NCBI GenBank assembly: GCA_964016885.1
Contig: OZ024752.1
Coordinates: 42,532,001 to 42,596,000 of the forward strand
Direction of reading: 5' to 3'
DNA length: 64,000 nt
From: Eledone cirrhosa
Taxonomy: Eukaryota
The notes below the pieces were generated by a model, which was not told the DNA's origin, did not search any database, and was given only the letters and a program-made list of their open reading frames with translations. Shown piece by piece: positions 37,709-54,258 of the stretch; the first letter of the stretch is position 1, and each line of letters starts with the position of its first letter. The position numbers were made by a program, and so were the translations under genes.

Positions 37709-37937
37709 CATACATATAATACATACATATAATACATATATATACATACATATAATACATATATATATACATATATATAATACATATATATAATACATAT
37801 ATATAATACATATATATATAATACATATATATATATATATATATACATAAAATACATGTATATACATATATAACATATATATCATCATCAAAAACATATA
37901 TATGATATATATAATATATATATTATATATATAATAC

Positions 37938-37968
<31 letters not shown>

Positions 37969-37982
37969 TATATATATAATAC

Positions 37983-38013
<31 letters not shown>

Positions 38014-38043
38014 TATATATATATATTTATATATATATATATT

Positions 38044-38121
<78 letters not shown>
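36770..38121. repeat. Long degenerate (TA)n microsatellite block interrupted by a SINE B
   Basis: Almost pure TA/TAA/TACA repeats; SINE at 37278-37455. Confidence 0.95.
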
Positions 38122-38124
<3 letters not shown>

Positions 38125-39960
38125 CAGTTTAACAACAAAATTATTTAAAAAAACAACTAATGTACAAAGACAAACATACAGTCTTTCAATTTTCCGTAAC
38201 AATTAACTTTAACAAATTTAACAAATAAAAAAAAAATGAAACATATTTTGACATAATATGGTTATATAAAAATTGAAACAAACAGCATGTGAAACATTTG
38301 ATATGCTTTTAAATTCAAAATGCAAAGATTCTATTGCTATTTTCCATCATAATAATTTCCTCTCTATTTTTTTTTTTTTTTTTTTTTTTTGCTTGTGAAT
38401 AGATTTTATGGTCTTTCCATATCGTAATAAATATATTTATCAAATATTTTTTTTTTTTTTTTCATTTACAAACATCAGGTTGGAGCAAGAAAAGTATATT
38501 TCCATTGGTCTTTCCATTGCTGATACTACCTGTCAGAATATATTAAACTAAAGGAGAAAGTAAATTCTATATACAAGATTTTCTTACAAACAAGATCCAT
38601 TAAGAAACTGTTTGTCATGAGATAAAAATTTGAAAATTAATTTCAAAGTTCATTGAAAAAGATAAAACAAAAACAAGGGATATTTTTGATGCCACTAAAA
38701 TCCCTAGGGCATTCTATTTGAATTTATATTATGGTTATTGTATTTCTCGGTGTATAAGATGCTCTGAGGCATTAGCTGTACCTCAATTTAAAAGATTATA
38801 ATCAGAAAAAGTGCCTAATACCAAGTAATCTTTACAAATCGTAAGAAATTCATCATAATCTAGGATAGGGAGAAATATGGTTAGGTTTGATTCCTGGGTA
38901 GGTTAAAACCTACAATAGGCCCAGAGCTCACCACATTTTAGCTTAAAATCCTTGCTCCAAACTTATAACTTGTCACTACGTTCAACTGAGAGGACACAGA
39001 GTGGTGTTTAGAGACATTTTACAGGCAAAGAAATTTGTCTAAGCTACAAAATAAGGTAGGTATATAAAATTGTAGTTAAAATACATTTTAAGATATAAAT
39101 TATGTTTTTTTTTGTTTAGGGGTGGGGCACAGATATCTGTAATTGTTTCTACTTTTGGCACAAGGCCAGAAATAACCCCAGTGCATTACGGATACTTTAT
39201 CTTATCGACTCCGTGAGGATGAAAGGCAAAGCTAACCTCGTCGGGATTTGAACTCGAACGTAAAGGGCCAGAACTCTGTGCTGCAAAGCATGGCGTCTGA
39301 CGCTCTACCGATACTGAAGCAAGAAATTGTTGAGGTTGTGTGTCGTTGAACCTCCATCAGTTCTGATGATTGCTCATGAAATTAATGTGCAAATGGATGA
39401 GAATTCTATCATAGACGCATGTATGCTTCACCCCTTTAGCATTTAAACTGGCCATATCCGGCCAGAATTCCCTCACCTTTTTCTGTTCAAACTGGCCATA
39501 ACTGGCCGCTCATACTGATGTTAAGGTATTGTTCTCAAAATAAATAATATCAAAATCTCATAGATCCAATATTATGTGAGATAAAGCCTTTACCATAAAA
39601 ATACAATAGTATCATCATCATCATCGTTTAACCTCCATCTTCCACGCTAGCATGGGTCTGGATGGGAATTGTCCCACTTGAGGCAAGATTGGTTGTCTTA
39701 CTCAGGACTGTCTGGCGGGTTTGCAGAGTAATCATCATCATCAACATGTGTCTTCCACGTTACTATGGGTTAGATGGGTTTGTCCCATTTAGAGGGAAGT
39801 TGGGTCGGGTGACCGTGTCTTGCTCATATAGGACTGTTTCTGGCTGGATGTCCTTCATAACGCCCAGCTGTTAAAGTAGTTCTCAGTGTGACACTGACTG
39901 TGACAAAGCTGGGGCCATTGAATTACAGGTACAGTCCATCTTGTACTATATATATATATA

Positions 39961-40280
39961 ATCATCATCATCATTTTTACGTCCGCTTATTCCCTGCTTG
40001 CAAGGGTGGGACGGGAACTGATTCTGGCTTGATTTCTACAGATGGATGCCCTTCATAACACCAACCTCATTTACAGTGAGTGCTGGGTGCTTTTTTTTGC
40101 CGTGGAACCTCCACGACCACTTTGCAGTGGAATGATAGGGACCTCAGTCCCTATCATCTCATTTCTACAGCTGAGTAAACTGGAGCAATGTGAAATAAAG
40201 TGTCTTGCTCAAGGAAACAACACATCACCCAGTCTGAGAATTGAACACACAACCTTTCGATTGCAAGGCCAATGCTCTAA
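39961..40280 (-). mobile_element. SINE family A copy
   Basis: Near-identical reverse complement of 27956-28293. Confidence 0.88.
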
Positions 40281-40339
40281 CCACTAAGCCATGTGCCTCC
40301 ATATGTATATATATATATATACACACACACATATACATA

Positions 40340-40660
40340 TCCTCAGTTTCCCTCTTCCAATGTGTCCATGTAGGGGATCCAACAGGAGCACTGAGTACAT
40401 TGTCAACTCTGAATGTTGGTGAGCATGTCCAGCTAACCTCAGTTTCCTCTGTGTTACTTTTGTGTTGACTTTTGTACAGCTTTGATTTCTTCATCCTCAG
40501 TGTATACTGATTAATGTTCAGAGCCATCCTCAGCATTCTCGTGGAGCACCCATCCACCGTCTGAGTGAGTTTTTTGGTCAGTGTCCAAGTCTCAGACCCA
40601 TACAGTAGCACAAACTCCACTGCAGCAACGAAAAGACGGATTTTCAGGTCTTCCAGTGGC
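40340..40660 (-). mobile_element. Degenerate RTE-type LINE RT fragment
   Basis: KIRLFVAAVEFVLLYGSETWTLTKKLTQTVDGCSTRMLRMALNI within ORF 40225-40791. Confidence 0.75.
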
Positions 40661-42029
40661 TTAAACTTTCCTCGGACATATATACCTTTATGAGCACAAC
40701 AACAAATATTTATCGCAATAACTGCGTGAACAGAAATAACACTAACCATGTTAGGGCTGCGCACGGTAGTGGGGGTCGTTAGTGTGGCCATGTGCGAGAT
40801 TCCCTCCAGCCGTCATCAAGCAATCACATGTGATGATATGTGCCTTTAAAGTAATTCTCAGGGAGATTCAGCCTGAGACAAGGTTAGCCCTTTGAATTAC
40901 AAGTTCGACTCATTTTTTGTCAATTGAGTGAACTGAAGCAATGTGAAATAAAATGTCTTGCAACAGGACTCAATGTGTTTCTAGAAATTAAAATCATGAC
41001 TATATGTTTATGACCCAAACGCCCTAACCATTAAATTATGTGCCTTTACTAAGGACCTAGAGTATTAAAAAAAAGAGATTTTTTTTTCTTCAGCAAAGTT
41101 TTAAGATTAAAATTAGTTTTTCTATTTACATGGAGTAAACCTTCAGAATATTTCTTAACTTTTAGATCACAGATCACAGCCAAGATTGTGTTCAATGCTA
41201 ATTATCTACATTGGAAATTGACCGTACCACTGACCAACATAGAAAAATTCCCATAAATATATGTGTGTGTATATATATATATAGGAAAAAGTAGGACCCC
41301 GACGGCAGAGCTCAAGCCGTTTAGACGGCTATTTCTGGACTTTACTCTGGTGTGTTATGGTCCATCTGGTTCCTTACCACAACTCCTTCATTATATATAT
41401 ATGTATATACATTAAAAAAAAAAAAAAAAAAAAAAGGAATCGATCAACTTTCGTCAAATCAGATAATTATATCGTGTTGTTTATAATGTAATTAAATATA
41501 TATATATACATATATATATATAATTATATACGTGTGAGTGTTATTGAAGAACTAGTTTCAATTTTAACTTTTTTTTCATATTTCCTTTTTAAGTCTCTTA
41601 CGGATCAACAAGGTTCCTAAAACAATAATCAACGTTTCTAGACTTTCACAGTTTCATCATCATCATCTTGGAACTTCAACATAGCCATGTCTTTAATAAC
41701 ACATCTAAAAGATGAGCTGTTATTTATATATACACACACATATATATACACACACACACGTATGTGTGCATGCAAATATATATATAAAAGTACTAGGTAT
41801 TGCACATATGTGTGCATGTATAACATATACATAAAAATATATACAAGTACTCCATACAGAAGAAACACCTATGTTTGTCCCATCCATTATTATTTTTCTT
41901 TGATTACTTTCAAATAAAATTCTAGAAGAGAGCAGTACCTCTTGAGAAATGTCTAGTTTCAAAAGAAGAAAGTACAATTCTATTACCTGGTCCCTCAGCA
42001 ACATTAACCAAAAGATGCTGATAATATAA

Positions 42030-43175
42030 ATAATTGTTTCTACTTTTGGCACAAGGCCAGCAATTATCCCAGTGTATTACTGGTACTTTATTTTATCGAG
42101 CCCCGTAAGGATGAAAGGCAAAGTTAACCTCGGCGGGATTTGAACTCAGAATGGCAAGGGCCGTAACTCTATGCGTCAAAGCATGGCGTCCGACCCTCTA
42201 CCGATACTGCCAATCCATGCAATTAACAATAATTGTTTCTACGTTAGGCACAAGGCCAGCAATTACCCAGGGTATTACTGGTACTTTATTTTATCGACCC
42301 CCGTAAGGATGAAAGGCAAAGTTAACCTCGGCGGGATTTGAACTCAGACCATAAAGGGCCGTAACTCTTTGCTGCAAAGCATGGCGTCCGACCTTCTACC
42401 GATACTGCCAATACACCCCCTTCTTGTTTCTACTTTTGGCACAAGGCCAGCAATTACCCAGTGGATTACTGGTACTTTATTTTATCGAGCCCCGTAAGGA
42501 TGAAAGGCAAAGTTAACCTCGGCGGGATTTGAACTCAGACCATAAAGGGCCGTAACTCTTTGCTGCAAAGCATGGCGTCCGACCTTCTACCGATACTGCC
42601 AATCCACCCCCCTTCTTGTTTCTACTTTTGGCACAAGGCCAGCAATTACCCAGTGGATTACTGGTACTTTATTTTATCGAGCCCCGTAAGGATGAAAGGC
42701 AAAGTTAACCTCGGCGGGATTTGAACTCAGACCATAAAGGGCCGTAACTCTTTGCTGCAAAGCATGGCGTCCGACCTTCTACCGATACTGCCAATCCACC
42801 CCCCTTCTTGTTTCTACTTTTGGCACAAGGCCAGCAATTACCCAGTGGATTACTGGTACTTTATTTTATCGAGCCCCGTAAGGATGAAAGGCAAAGTTAA
42901 CCTCGGCGGGATTTGAACTCAGACCATAAAGGGCCGTAACTCTTTGCTGCAAAGCATGGCGTCCGACCTTCTACCGATACTGCCAATCCACCCCCCTTCT
43001 TGTTTCTACTTTTGGCACAAGGCCAGCAATTACCCAGTGGATTACTGGTACTTTATTTTATCGACCCCCGTAAGGATGAAAGGCAAAGTTAACCTCGGAG
43101 GGATTTGAACTCAGAATGGCAAGGGCTGTAACTATGCTGCAAAGCATGGCATTCGATCCTCTACCAATACTGCCA
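42030..43175 (-). mobile_element. Head-to-tail array of six SINE family B copies
   Basis: Minus-strand unit: A box TGGCAGTATCGG, B box GAGTTCAAATCC, central GCCTTTCATCCTTACGGGGTCGATAAAAT, tail GTAGAAACAATTATT; 192-bp period in the middle units. Solo copies at ~3880, 26336, 32385, 37278, 39140, 45750, 47292, 49537, 50340, 50567 and 57970. Confidence 0.88.
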
Positions 43176-43514
43176 AAATAATATAGATTTCTTTGCTTGG
43201 TGAGAATATGGTGGTGGAGTTATGGGTTCCTTAACTTCTGGTGGAGTTTTAGGGGCGGCTTAGTGACATGGAGATTTTAACCTGGTAGAGTCCATCATTC
43301 TCCAGGTCTGAACACAGCTAATTTCTTCCAGAGAAAGAGGTGGGGAGAGAATAAATCCCAGCACTGAACTGGTCCTTCAGTCATTGACCTCAAAAGGATG
43401 AAAGGTAAAAATTCATCTAGACATGTATGTATGAATGAATCATCATTTTATGTCTGTTTTTCCATGCTAGTATGGGTTCGATGGGTTGTTTCATGATACA
43501 GTATTTGTGTGTAT

Positions 43515-44255
43515 GATGATACTAAGCATCACAGATGAAATGACACACTATCAAGACATATGGTGATACTAAACTTAACAGATGAGATGACAAAGTATCA
43601 AGACACATGGTGATACTAAACTTAACAGATGAGATGTCACAGTATCAAGACATATGGTGATACTAAACTTAACAGATGAGATGACAAAGTATCAAGACAC
43701 ATGGTGATACTAAACTTAACAGATGAGATGTCACAGTATCAAGACACATGGTGATACTAAACTTAACAGATGAGATGACAAAGTATCAAGACACATGGTG
43801 ATACTAAACTTAACAGATGAAATGACACACTATCAAGACATATGGTGATACTAAACTTAACAGATGAGATGACAAAGTATCAAGACACATGGTGATACTA
43901 AACTTAACAGATGAGATGTCACAGTATCAAGACATATGGTGATACTAAACTTAACAGATGAGATGACAAAGTATCAAGACACATGGTGATACTAAACTTA
44001 ACAGATGAGATGACACAGTATCAAGACATATGGTGATACTAAACTTAACAGATGAGATGACACAGTATCAAGACATATGGTGATATTAAACTTAACAGAT
44101 GAGATGACACAGTATCAAGACATATGGTGATACTAAACTTAACAGATGAGATGACACAGTATCAAGACATATGGTAATACTAAACTTAACAGATGAGATG
44201 ACACAGTATCAAGACATATGGTGATACTAAACTTAACAGATAAGATGACACAATA
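43515..44255. repeat. 47-bp minisatellite (about 15 copies)
   Basis: Unit AAGACATATGGTGATACTAAACTTAACAGATGAGATGACACAGTATC. Confidence 0.95.
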
Positions 44256-46710
44256 TCGAAGTTCATGATAATTCTGAGCCTCCCAGATGATATAACATTG
44301 TATCATGGAAGATTGTTGCTCATCAGTTCAACCCATGCCAGCACACACACACATACAAAATCAAAAAGAAATAATAGCAATGATGATGGTTATTTGAAAA
44401 AGGATCACAACATAAGAAAATATCTTGATATAAAAGAGGCATTATAATCCGGAGCTATGTGAAAAGAAATCACATTTCTTTATCAGGAAAATATATAATT
44501 TGATTTGTGGGTAAGAAAACAATCAAAGCTTATTACAAAACCAAATTAATATTTCAAATAAAAAGTTTGCTCTAACCATTTTAATACCAATTCTGGTTCC
44601 ACAATATAAAGGTGTTTTACTCAACCCTTTTAATACAAACCCACCAAAAATCAGTTCTAAATAGAACCACTAATAGAACCACTAATTTAAAAGGGTTTCT
44701 ATTTAGATTAAAATCTTCCAACATAACTTGATATAAGAACTTTTAAGTAATGTTACAAATATTATTATAATAATAAATAATTTTAGTACATCTCTCTAAC
44801 TTCAATAATTAATTCAAATATAGTATATATCATAAGAAATACAGTAATGAAAGGGTTGAAGAGTTTATATTTACCTAAAATAATTTCATCATATATCTAT
44901 CTGAAAGGATAGGAGCCAGCCAGCAGATTAGACCAAGGAAACAATGTTTCCATTGGCCTGTACCAGTCACAACTCCTGGTAGAAGGAACAATGTGAAATA
45001 AAAAATATTTTGTTCAAGAACACAACATGCTGTTCGGTTTAGGAATCAAACCCATAACCATGTGCCTTCCCTAAACACTATCTTAATAATGGAGAATATA
45101 GTTATTTATTAAACCCTCAACATTCTTGTTTATTTTCAAATTAATTAAAACATAAACAGTGTATTTCATTAAAAATATGGTCACAAATGGATTAATATAT
45201 AACATTTAAAACTGGGTTAATATATATGTAAAAATGGGTTAATACATAATATGCAAAAAAGAAAAAACGTTTGTGGAACAGAGAGTAAAAATGTTGACAT
45301 TTGCTAAACTCTTAACCCTTTTGTTATCAAACCACCTGAAACTGTTTTAAAGTGTTTACATTTATTTTTTTTTAAAACCTTAATTCACAGTTATATGTAA
45401 AAACCTTTGTTAAGTTACGTTCCAAACACCAACTTAATAATGAGAAAGTTAGTTATTTTACCAAATCCCTCCAAATTCTTGATGTGTTTTCCATTAGAAA
45501 TATGGTAATGAAAGGGTTAAGGTGTGATTTTGTTCATTCAAATTTCATATTGTGATGCACTTAGGACATTTCATAAAGATTAGTATAAGTATCATAGTAC
45601 ACTTAAGACAATACCTTAGTGACTACCACATAGGACATAACATAAAGATTAGTATTATAGTATACTTAAGACATTGATAAGTCATAAAGATAGCTGGATA
45701 GGAGAGTATTTCTATAACTATTTGTCATTAGTTCCATTACATTACAATAACAGTTTCTACTTTTGGCACAAGGCCAGCAATTATCCCAGTGCATTACTGG
45801 TACTTTATTTTATCGACCCCGTAAGGATGAAAGGCAAAGTTAACCTCGGCGGAATTTGAACTCAGAATGGCAAGGGCCGTAACTCTATGCGTCAAAGCAT
45901 GGCGTCCGACCATTAGATTGAGGTGTCATAAACATGTAAAAAAAAAAAAAACAACTTTATTTTGTCCCAAGCTCAGACATGGAATATGCTCTGTCAGGCC
46001 AGAGCATATTCCATTTTCATTGGTGTTAAGTGATTGAGAGTACGAGACCCCCCCAATCCCAGCCCCTACTGGACAGGATGCCAGTCCATCAAAGACTCAG
46101 CTGTTGCTATGGCTGCTGGTGCACATTTTCAGCTGTGCTGACTGGAGAATAAGGAAATGAAGTGTTATACTCAAGAACACAATGTACTGCCCAGTCCAGG
46201 AATTGAACCCATGATATGGTGGTCAGCACCCCCAATACACCAACCAGTCTTTATATGACAGTTCATGTTATGTCTGAGATCATTAAATCATTTTGATACC
46301 CACCTGCCCCAGACCACTCTTTGGTTTTATAATACAATATAAATCTACCACTGTTTCACATAGTTTTATCAAAGAACCTTTGTTAAGTTGTGTTCCAAAC
46401 ACCAACTCAATAGTTGGATTATTTTCAAAATTATTTGAAAACACAAACAATGTAATTCATTAGCAATACAATCATGAAAAAGTTAATACAACATTTTAAG
46501 ATTCTGAAAAAAAAAAGAAAAAAAAAGAAACAAGAAAAAACAACTTTAAAAACAGGTTTTGTGCGTATATGATTTAAAAAATAGAAGAAAAAAAAATCAA
46601 TTTTTCAAAACAATTTGCTTTTAGATAAAATTAGACTCATTCATTTTTTGCATTTTCATTTCATTATCAACAAGATAGGATTCTGTCTAACATAAACACA
46701 CACCACACAC

Positions 46711-46748
<38 letters not shown>

Positions 46749-46931
46749 TATATCAGATAGGGAGTGGTCAAAGCCAGCTAGACCATAACCCACCAGAGTA
46801 CTCGATATTTGGGGTAGTAGAGTGGGTAATATGAAAAGATTCAGGATCCCAACGGCTGAGCTCCAACCGTTTCGACAGTTTAGATCTAGATATAAAAACG
46901 TCCGGAGCTCAGCCATTGGGGTCCTAAATCT

Positions 46932-46974
<43 letters not shown>

Positions 46975-48758
46975 ATACAGAGAGAGAGGGAGAGAGGTGT
47001 GTGTACATATCTGTATCTAGTTTACAATAGGTGTACCATATCCCTGCACATTATAAGGGGTGACTAAAAGGGTTGGCAGCTGGAGGGGCATCCATCCACC
47101 TGTAAAATATTGCCTAAAAAAAAGGACACCATGTCATGGAACCCAAAAGACTTTATCAGGAAAAATGGCCTTAAAACTCGTTGTATAGGTATACATATTC
47201 CTACATAATGCAAATACACGCACAACCATCTCGTTAGTGTTAATAAATGAAATACCAGGTAACCAATTTGGCACTATAGGTAATACAGGTAATAATTGTT
47301 TCTACTTTAGGCACAAGGCCAGCAATTACCCAGTGCATTACTGGTACTTTATTTTATCGACCCCGTAAGGATGAAAGGCAAAGTCAACCTCGGCGGGATT
47401 TGAACTCAGATCGTAAAGGGACGTAACTATGCTGGAAAGCATGGCGTCCGACCCTCTACCGATACTGCCAATCAACCGCCATTAATACAGGTAATAATGA
47501 AACACAAGTCGCTCGCCTTTAATGTCACTCTTTCTCCAAAACTATTGGATTGGAATTCAAGTTATTGTTACATGTCCATTTTTCCATGCTTGCATAAGTT
47601 GAATGAAGGCCAGACTGTATCCTGGTTTCATTGGCATTAAAATAATAATAATAGTTTCTACTTTAGGCACAAGGCCAGCAATTTGAAGGGGAAAGGAAAG
47701 TCGATTAAATCGACCCAGTGCATTACTGGTACTTTATTTTATCCTCCCTGTAAGGATGAAAGGCAAAGTTAACCTCAGCGGGATTTGAATAATAATAATA
47801 ATAATAATAATAATGAAATTATTGTGTACAGTGAGTGCTCAGGTGCACTACAACTCATCAAAGGTGCATGTATAGTACATAATAACAGAGAGTACGAGAC
47901 ACAAGTCAATCACAAAACTAATGCCCCAAACTGTCAATGGGCTCTTTTTTAGCCGAGTGAACTGGAGCAAGATGAAATGAAGTGGCTTGATCAATAACAC
48001 AACACATCAACCAGTCTAGAAATTAAACCTTACTATCATGAGCTTAACTCTGACCATTAGGCCACATCACATACCTTCATCTCATAACTATAAAATTGTT
48101 AATCAACATTGAGTGAACAGGTAAAAAAAACCAAAACAATGTTAACAGTATCCCTCACTACAACCATATCCATAAAATCATTTTATTTTTTTTATCAAAA
48201 CAGTAAGATACGAGAACCCCTACAAATCTACCACTTATGGGCTTGTAAAAGCTGGAACCTATCACTGGTTTCAGAGCCTTATATAGATGAAGATAAATGA
48301 TTCCTTGGAAAGGGTACCTTTTTATCACCTGTAACATTGTCAGACAATCTGGTACCTACTCCAGACAGAATTACCCCCCCCCCCCCCCCCCGCCAGAACA
48401 CATCAAGCACCTGAGGGAGACTGGAACTTAAAATACATGAGTTAGAATCAATCCAGCTCATGTCACTCACTTCTACCATCAAAACCATTCAGACTTGAAT
48501 CACAATTTTGTTTTGGGGGGAAAAAAAAAAAAATTTTTTTTGTGTTTTTTTTTTTTGTTTTTACAATAATTTTAACAAGAATTGTATTTTGATAGTTTTA
48601 CAATATTTTTTTTCAAATTCGTTTCCGGTTAACACAACTGATAAACATAATTTTAAAAGATTATAAAAACATAATTAACTCAACTTTTTTTTAATAAATA
48701 GTTAAACATAACAATTGTTAATTAGAAATTTAGGACATAGTTAAATAAATAAAAAAAA

Positions 48759-48805
<47 letters not shown>

Positions 48806-51213
48806 TATATATATATTGAAAAAAATCCATAAAAATACAAAAATGATGAATAAATATTTACAAAATTCTCACAACTATTTTTTAAAAAGTTCTAAAATGT
48901 TCATCTATAACAAGTTAATCTCAATGGGCAAAGAAATGGCAATGTTTTCAGTATTTAATAGTAATATTATTAATAATATTACTATATTAACTCTTAACGT
49001 CCTGTATCACATGAAACCACATTAGTCAGACATTCTTGAAAAGTACAAAATAGTAATAAGTACAAAATAGTACTGACTACATCCATGAACAGACTAGTCA
49101 TACACACATTTGGGCAATGCCTCGTGGGCTACTGGGTTTAGTAAAAAAATAATAATAATAAAAAAGCTGAAAAATATAATAATAAAGAATAGGGCCCACC
49201 TAATAAGTGACATATACCTGGGACTAGTTTTAAGATCCAGTTGGCTTCTCATAACATCACATTTAAAATTAAAGTCTTCAATTTAATATTGCAAATTTGC
49301 ACAACAATCCATCTACTAGTAAAGATACTATAAACATTTGATTTAATACACCACATGAAACCACATTAGCAAGACATTCTTGAAAAATTTAACCCTTTAG
49401 CATTTAATCCGGCCAGAATTCTCTTACCTCTTTCTGTTCAAACTGGCCATAACCGGCTGTTCATACTTTTGTTAAAGTATTGTTCTCAAAATAAATAATA
49501 TCAAAATCTCGTAGATTTGATAGTATGTGAGTTAATAACTGTTTCTACGTTTGGCACAAGGCCAGCAATTACCCCAGTGCATTACTGGTGCTTTATTTTA
49601 TTGACCCCATAAGGATGAAAGGCAAAGCTAACCTCAGCAGGATTTGAACTCAAAACGTAAAGGGACATAACTACATGCTGCAAAGCATGGTGTCTGACGC
49701 TCTACCATACTGCCAATCCACCACCCCTTTTTTTTTTATATGTGTGTGTGTGTGTGTATTATGCAAGATAATTATGTAAGATAAAGCCTTTACTGTGAAA
49801 ATACATTAGTAAATATAGAGTAATGTAAATACTAAAGGGTTAAAACAGTACTGTGACTGGATCACATTAAAAAACTAAAGTTTTTACTCTGCTGCAAATG
49901 TTCCCAATGATCTGTCTACTATAAACATTTGAAGTGACAAATCTGTTTTTAGATATTTTCTACTAAATCATTACAGGATGTTAAAAATTAATTTGTCAAT
50001 AATGTTCTAAAGTTAAATTGGTACAATTTGTAAAGATTGGAATGACTTTCAACAACAAATGGCAAAGGTTAGAAATACAATATTGAGCAACTCTTCCCCT
50101 CCCTCTCACCGATCAATTGTTAGAGATACAATATTGAGCGACCCCCCCCCCCCCCATCCAATCAATAGTTACTGATACAATATTGAGCGACCCCCCCTCC
50201 CCCTGATCATTAGAGATACCATACCGAAAATGACCCCAGATCAATAGATACAATATTGAGTCACCGCCCCCTACCAGATCAATAGTTAGGGATACAATAT
50301 TGGGTGACCCCTGAAAGTACTAGTATGATAGGTGAGTTAAGAATGGTTTCTAGTATAGGCACAAGGCCAGCAATTTTGAGGGAGGGGAAAGTCAATCAAA
50401 TCAACCCCAGTGCGTGACTGGTATTTTATCAACCCTGTAAGGATGAAAGGCAAAGTTAACCTCGGCAAGATTTGAACTCAGATCATAAAGGGTCGTAACT
50501 CTATGCTGCAAAGCATGGCGTCCAACCCTCTACCGATACTGCCAAGCCACCGCCCTTAGGTGAGTTAATAATTGTTTCTACTTTAGGCACAAGGCCAGCA
50601 ATTACCCAGTGTATTACTGGTACTTTATTTTATCGACCCCCGTAAGGATGAAAGGCAAAGTCAACCTCGGCGGGGTTTGAACTCAGATCGTAAAGGGACG
50701 TAACTCTATGCTGGAAAGCATGGCGTCCGACCCTCTACCAATACTGCCAATCCACGAGTTAATAATGGTTTTTAATTTAGACTCAAGGTTGGTAATTTGG
50801 TGGTGGAGGGGAAAGATAGATTAAATTGACATCACTACTTGACCCCCTACTTCATTTTATTGACCTACATCCCACCCACCCCACAAGTAATGGAATGCAA
50901 AGTTGACCTCAGCAAGATGTGACCTCAGCACATGAAGAACCAAAACTAAATACTGCAAAGTGTTTTGTTTGACGCTCTAATGATTCTATCAATCTATTGC
51001 CCTTTCTCTTTATAATTTAGGCACAAGGCCAGCAATCTGAAGGGCAGAGTGTCAGTAGATTACATCGACACAGGCACTACATCTCATGAACATGTGGCCA
51101 TTTCATTCATGAAATAGAAAATGCATGAAACATGGCTGATCACACAGAAATAAACAGATGTTCAAAAAGATATCAGTGAGCCTTGCAATAAAAATGCAAG
51201 GTTCACCTCATAC

Positions 51214-51248
<35 letters not shown>

Positions 51249-51277
51249 TGTATGTATGTACGTACGTATGTATGTAA

Positions 51278-51606
51278 GAAATTTAAATCTGTTTTTCAAA
51301 TATTAATAATTGTTTCTACTTTTGGCACAAGGCCAGCAACTACCCAGTACATAACTGGTACTTTAAACAGCCTCTTAAGCCATGTGAGTAGAACAACCTC
51401 TTGTGTTGGCATATAAGCAGAACAGCAGACACTAATGTTTCTGGGTGATTACCTTTCATCAGTACCGTATACTGTTTACTTGCCAACTGTTAGAGAGCAA
51501 GAATGGCGAGGTTGTTCTACTGACATGGCTTAAGAGGCTGTTTGCATAATTGCAAACGAATCGAATATTATTATTAATATTTGAAAAACTCAGATTTATA
51601 TTTCTT
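51278..51606. mobile_element. MITE-like element with long inverted termini
   Basis: AAACAGCCTCTTAAGCCATGTGAGTAGAACAACCTC (from 51365) mirrors 51508-51543; the outer arms TTTTTCAAATATTAATAAT are also inverted; a SINE tail fragment interrupts the left arm. Confidence 0.6.
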
Positions 51607-51669
51607 GTATTCAGCCATGTAGAGCGATAAAACTATTTGTTATATATATATACACACACACACACATGT

Positions 51670-51776
<107 letters not shown>

Positions 51777-52631
51777 TACGTATATAATTTATAGATAAAT
51801 ACATAAGGAAATTAAAAAAAAAAATACAGTTTCTTGGAATGTAAACAAACATTTTAAAATATTAAAAAAAAAATACTGTAAAAATCTAATAATGGAGTCA
51901 CTTTTTGTATTAGTCTTTATATCTTGTCTTTTGTGTGTTTCTGTGTGTGTTTCCAATGGATTATAGGTACACTATATCACAGATGTAGTTTTGAATAGGT
52001 ACACTGTATCTTTGTGTATTGAAACAACCGGCTAAAAGGGTTGACATCAGGAAGGGCATCTAATTACAAAACATTGCCTTAAAATGGTCCCCATACTGAG
52101 TATGAAGCCTTTCATAGAGCCAGCAGGGTAACTGGCCTTAAAACAGTTGTTGTATCAGAAATTCAAAATAGACTCCACAATGGGAATGAAGCTAGTCTTA
52201 ATGTTTGCAAAGCTTTAGCAGGAAAATGGCCTTAATCTGTTTGTTGTATTGTTGTATTTAATAAGATAATTTTTTTCTTCTTTTTTTTTTTGTTATTTTT
52301 TATTTGTTTCATCCGAAAATTAATAAACCCAAATGAAATAGTAGCAAATACTTTTGGTGTCCTTTCTCCAATGAATACACAAAACCTTGTATCAATAATT
52401 CATACTAAAAAAAAGGAAAGGAAAGTATCCAATGGTCAGATTGATCAGAGAAACAGTTTTTCCATTGATCCACCCATTGCTGAAATCCTCTACCGGTTGC
52501 AACTCTAGGCAAAATTTGTGTGAGGTTGTGTATATGTGTGTATATATAGTATTATAAATGTATTTAAAGACAAAACCCTGTGGAAGAAATAAATTTTCTT
52601 ATTAAATGTCCTGCTTTCTCCAACATATATT

Positions 52632-53865
<1,234 letters not shown>

Positions 53866-53969
53866 TTATCCCAGGTTCAATCGGGGGTAACCACAGCAAG
53901 TGTATAAATATTTAATATAGAAATGGCTTCCACAGGACTAGAACTGTTTCATTCGGGAGAAATCATCAG

Positions 53970-54020
53970 GGCTTCCTGATGATTTCTCCCAAATGAAACC
54001 GTTCTAGTCCTGTAGAAGCC
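53970..54020 (+). ncRNA. Type I hammerhead ribozyme within a fold-back element
   Basis: GGCTTC-CTGATGA-TTTCTCCCAAAT-GAAA-CCG ttctagtc CTG-TA-GAAGCC; stem I GGCTTC/GAAGCC. Sibling copies at 18445-18470 and 54089-54180 have an intact CAG/CTG stem III. Confidence 0.7.
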
Positions 54021-54037
54021 ATTTCTATATTATATAT

Positions 54038-54088
<51 letters not shown>

Positions 54089-54258
54089 TGAGATTCTACA
54101 GGACTAGAACTGTTTCATTCATTAGAAATCATCAGGAAAAAAATATGAATGAAACAGTTCTAGTCCTGTAGAATCTCATCTATATTAAAACTGTTATACT
54201 CTGCTATGTATTGAGTACCTTACTTACTGTGGTTACCTCCGATTCAACCCGGAATAAC

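Noticed and set aside
41625-41675. GAAACGTTG hammerhead-like 3' half on the minus strand
   Set aside because: No intact CTGANGA core or stem I; at most a decayed PLE end.
45979-46014. 15-bp perfect hairpin ATGGAATATGCTCTG/CAGAGCATATTCCAT
   Set aside because: Too short for a pre-miRNA, single copy, and without supporting context.
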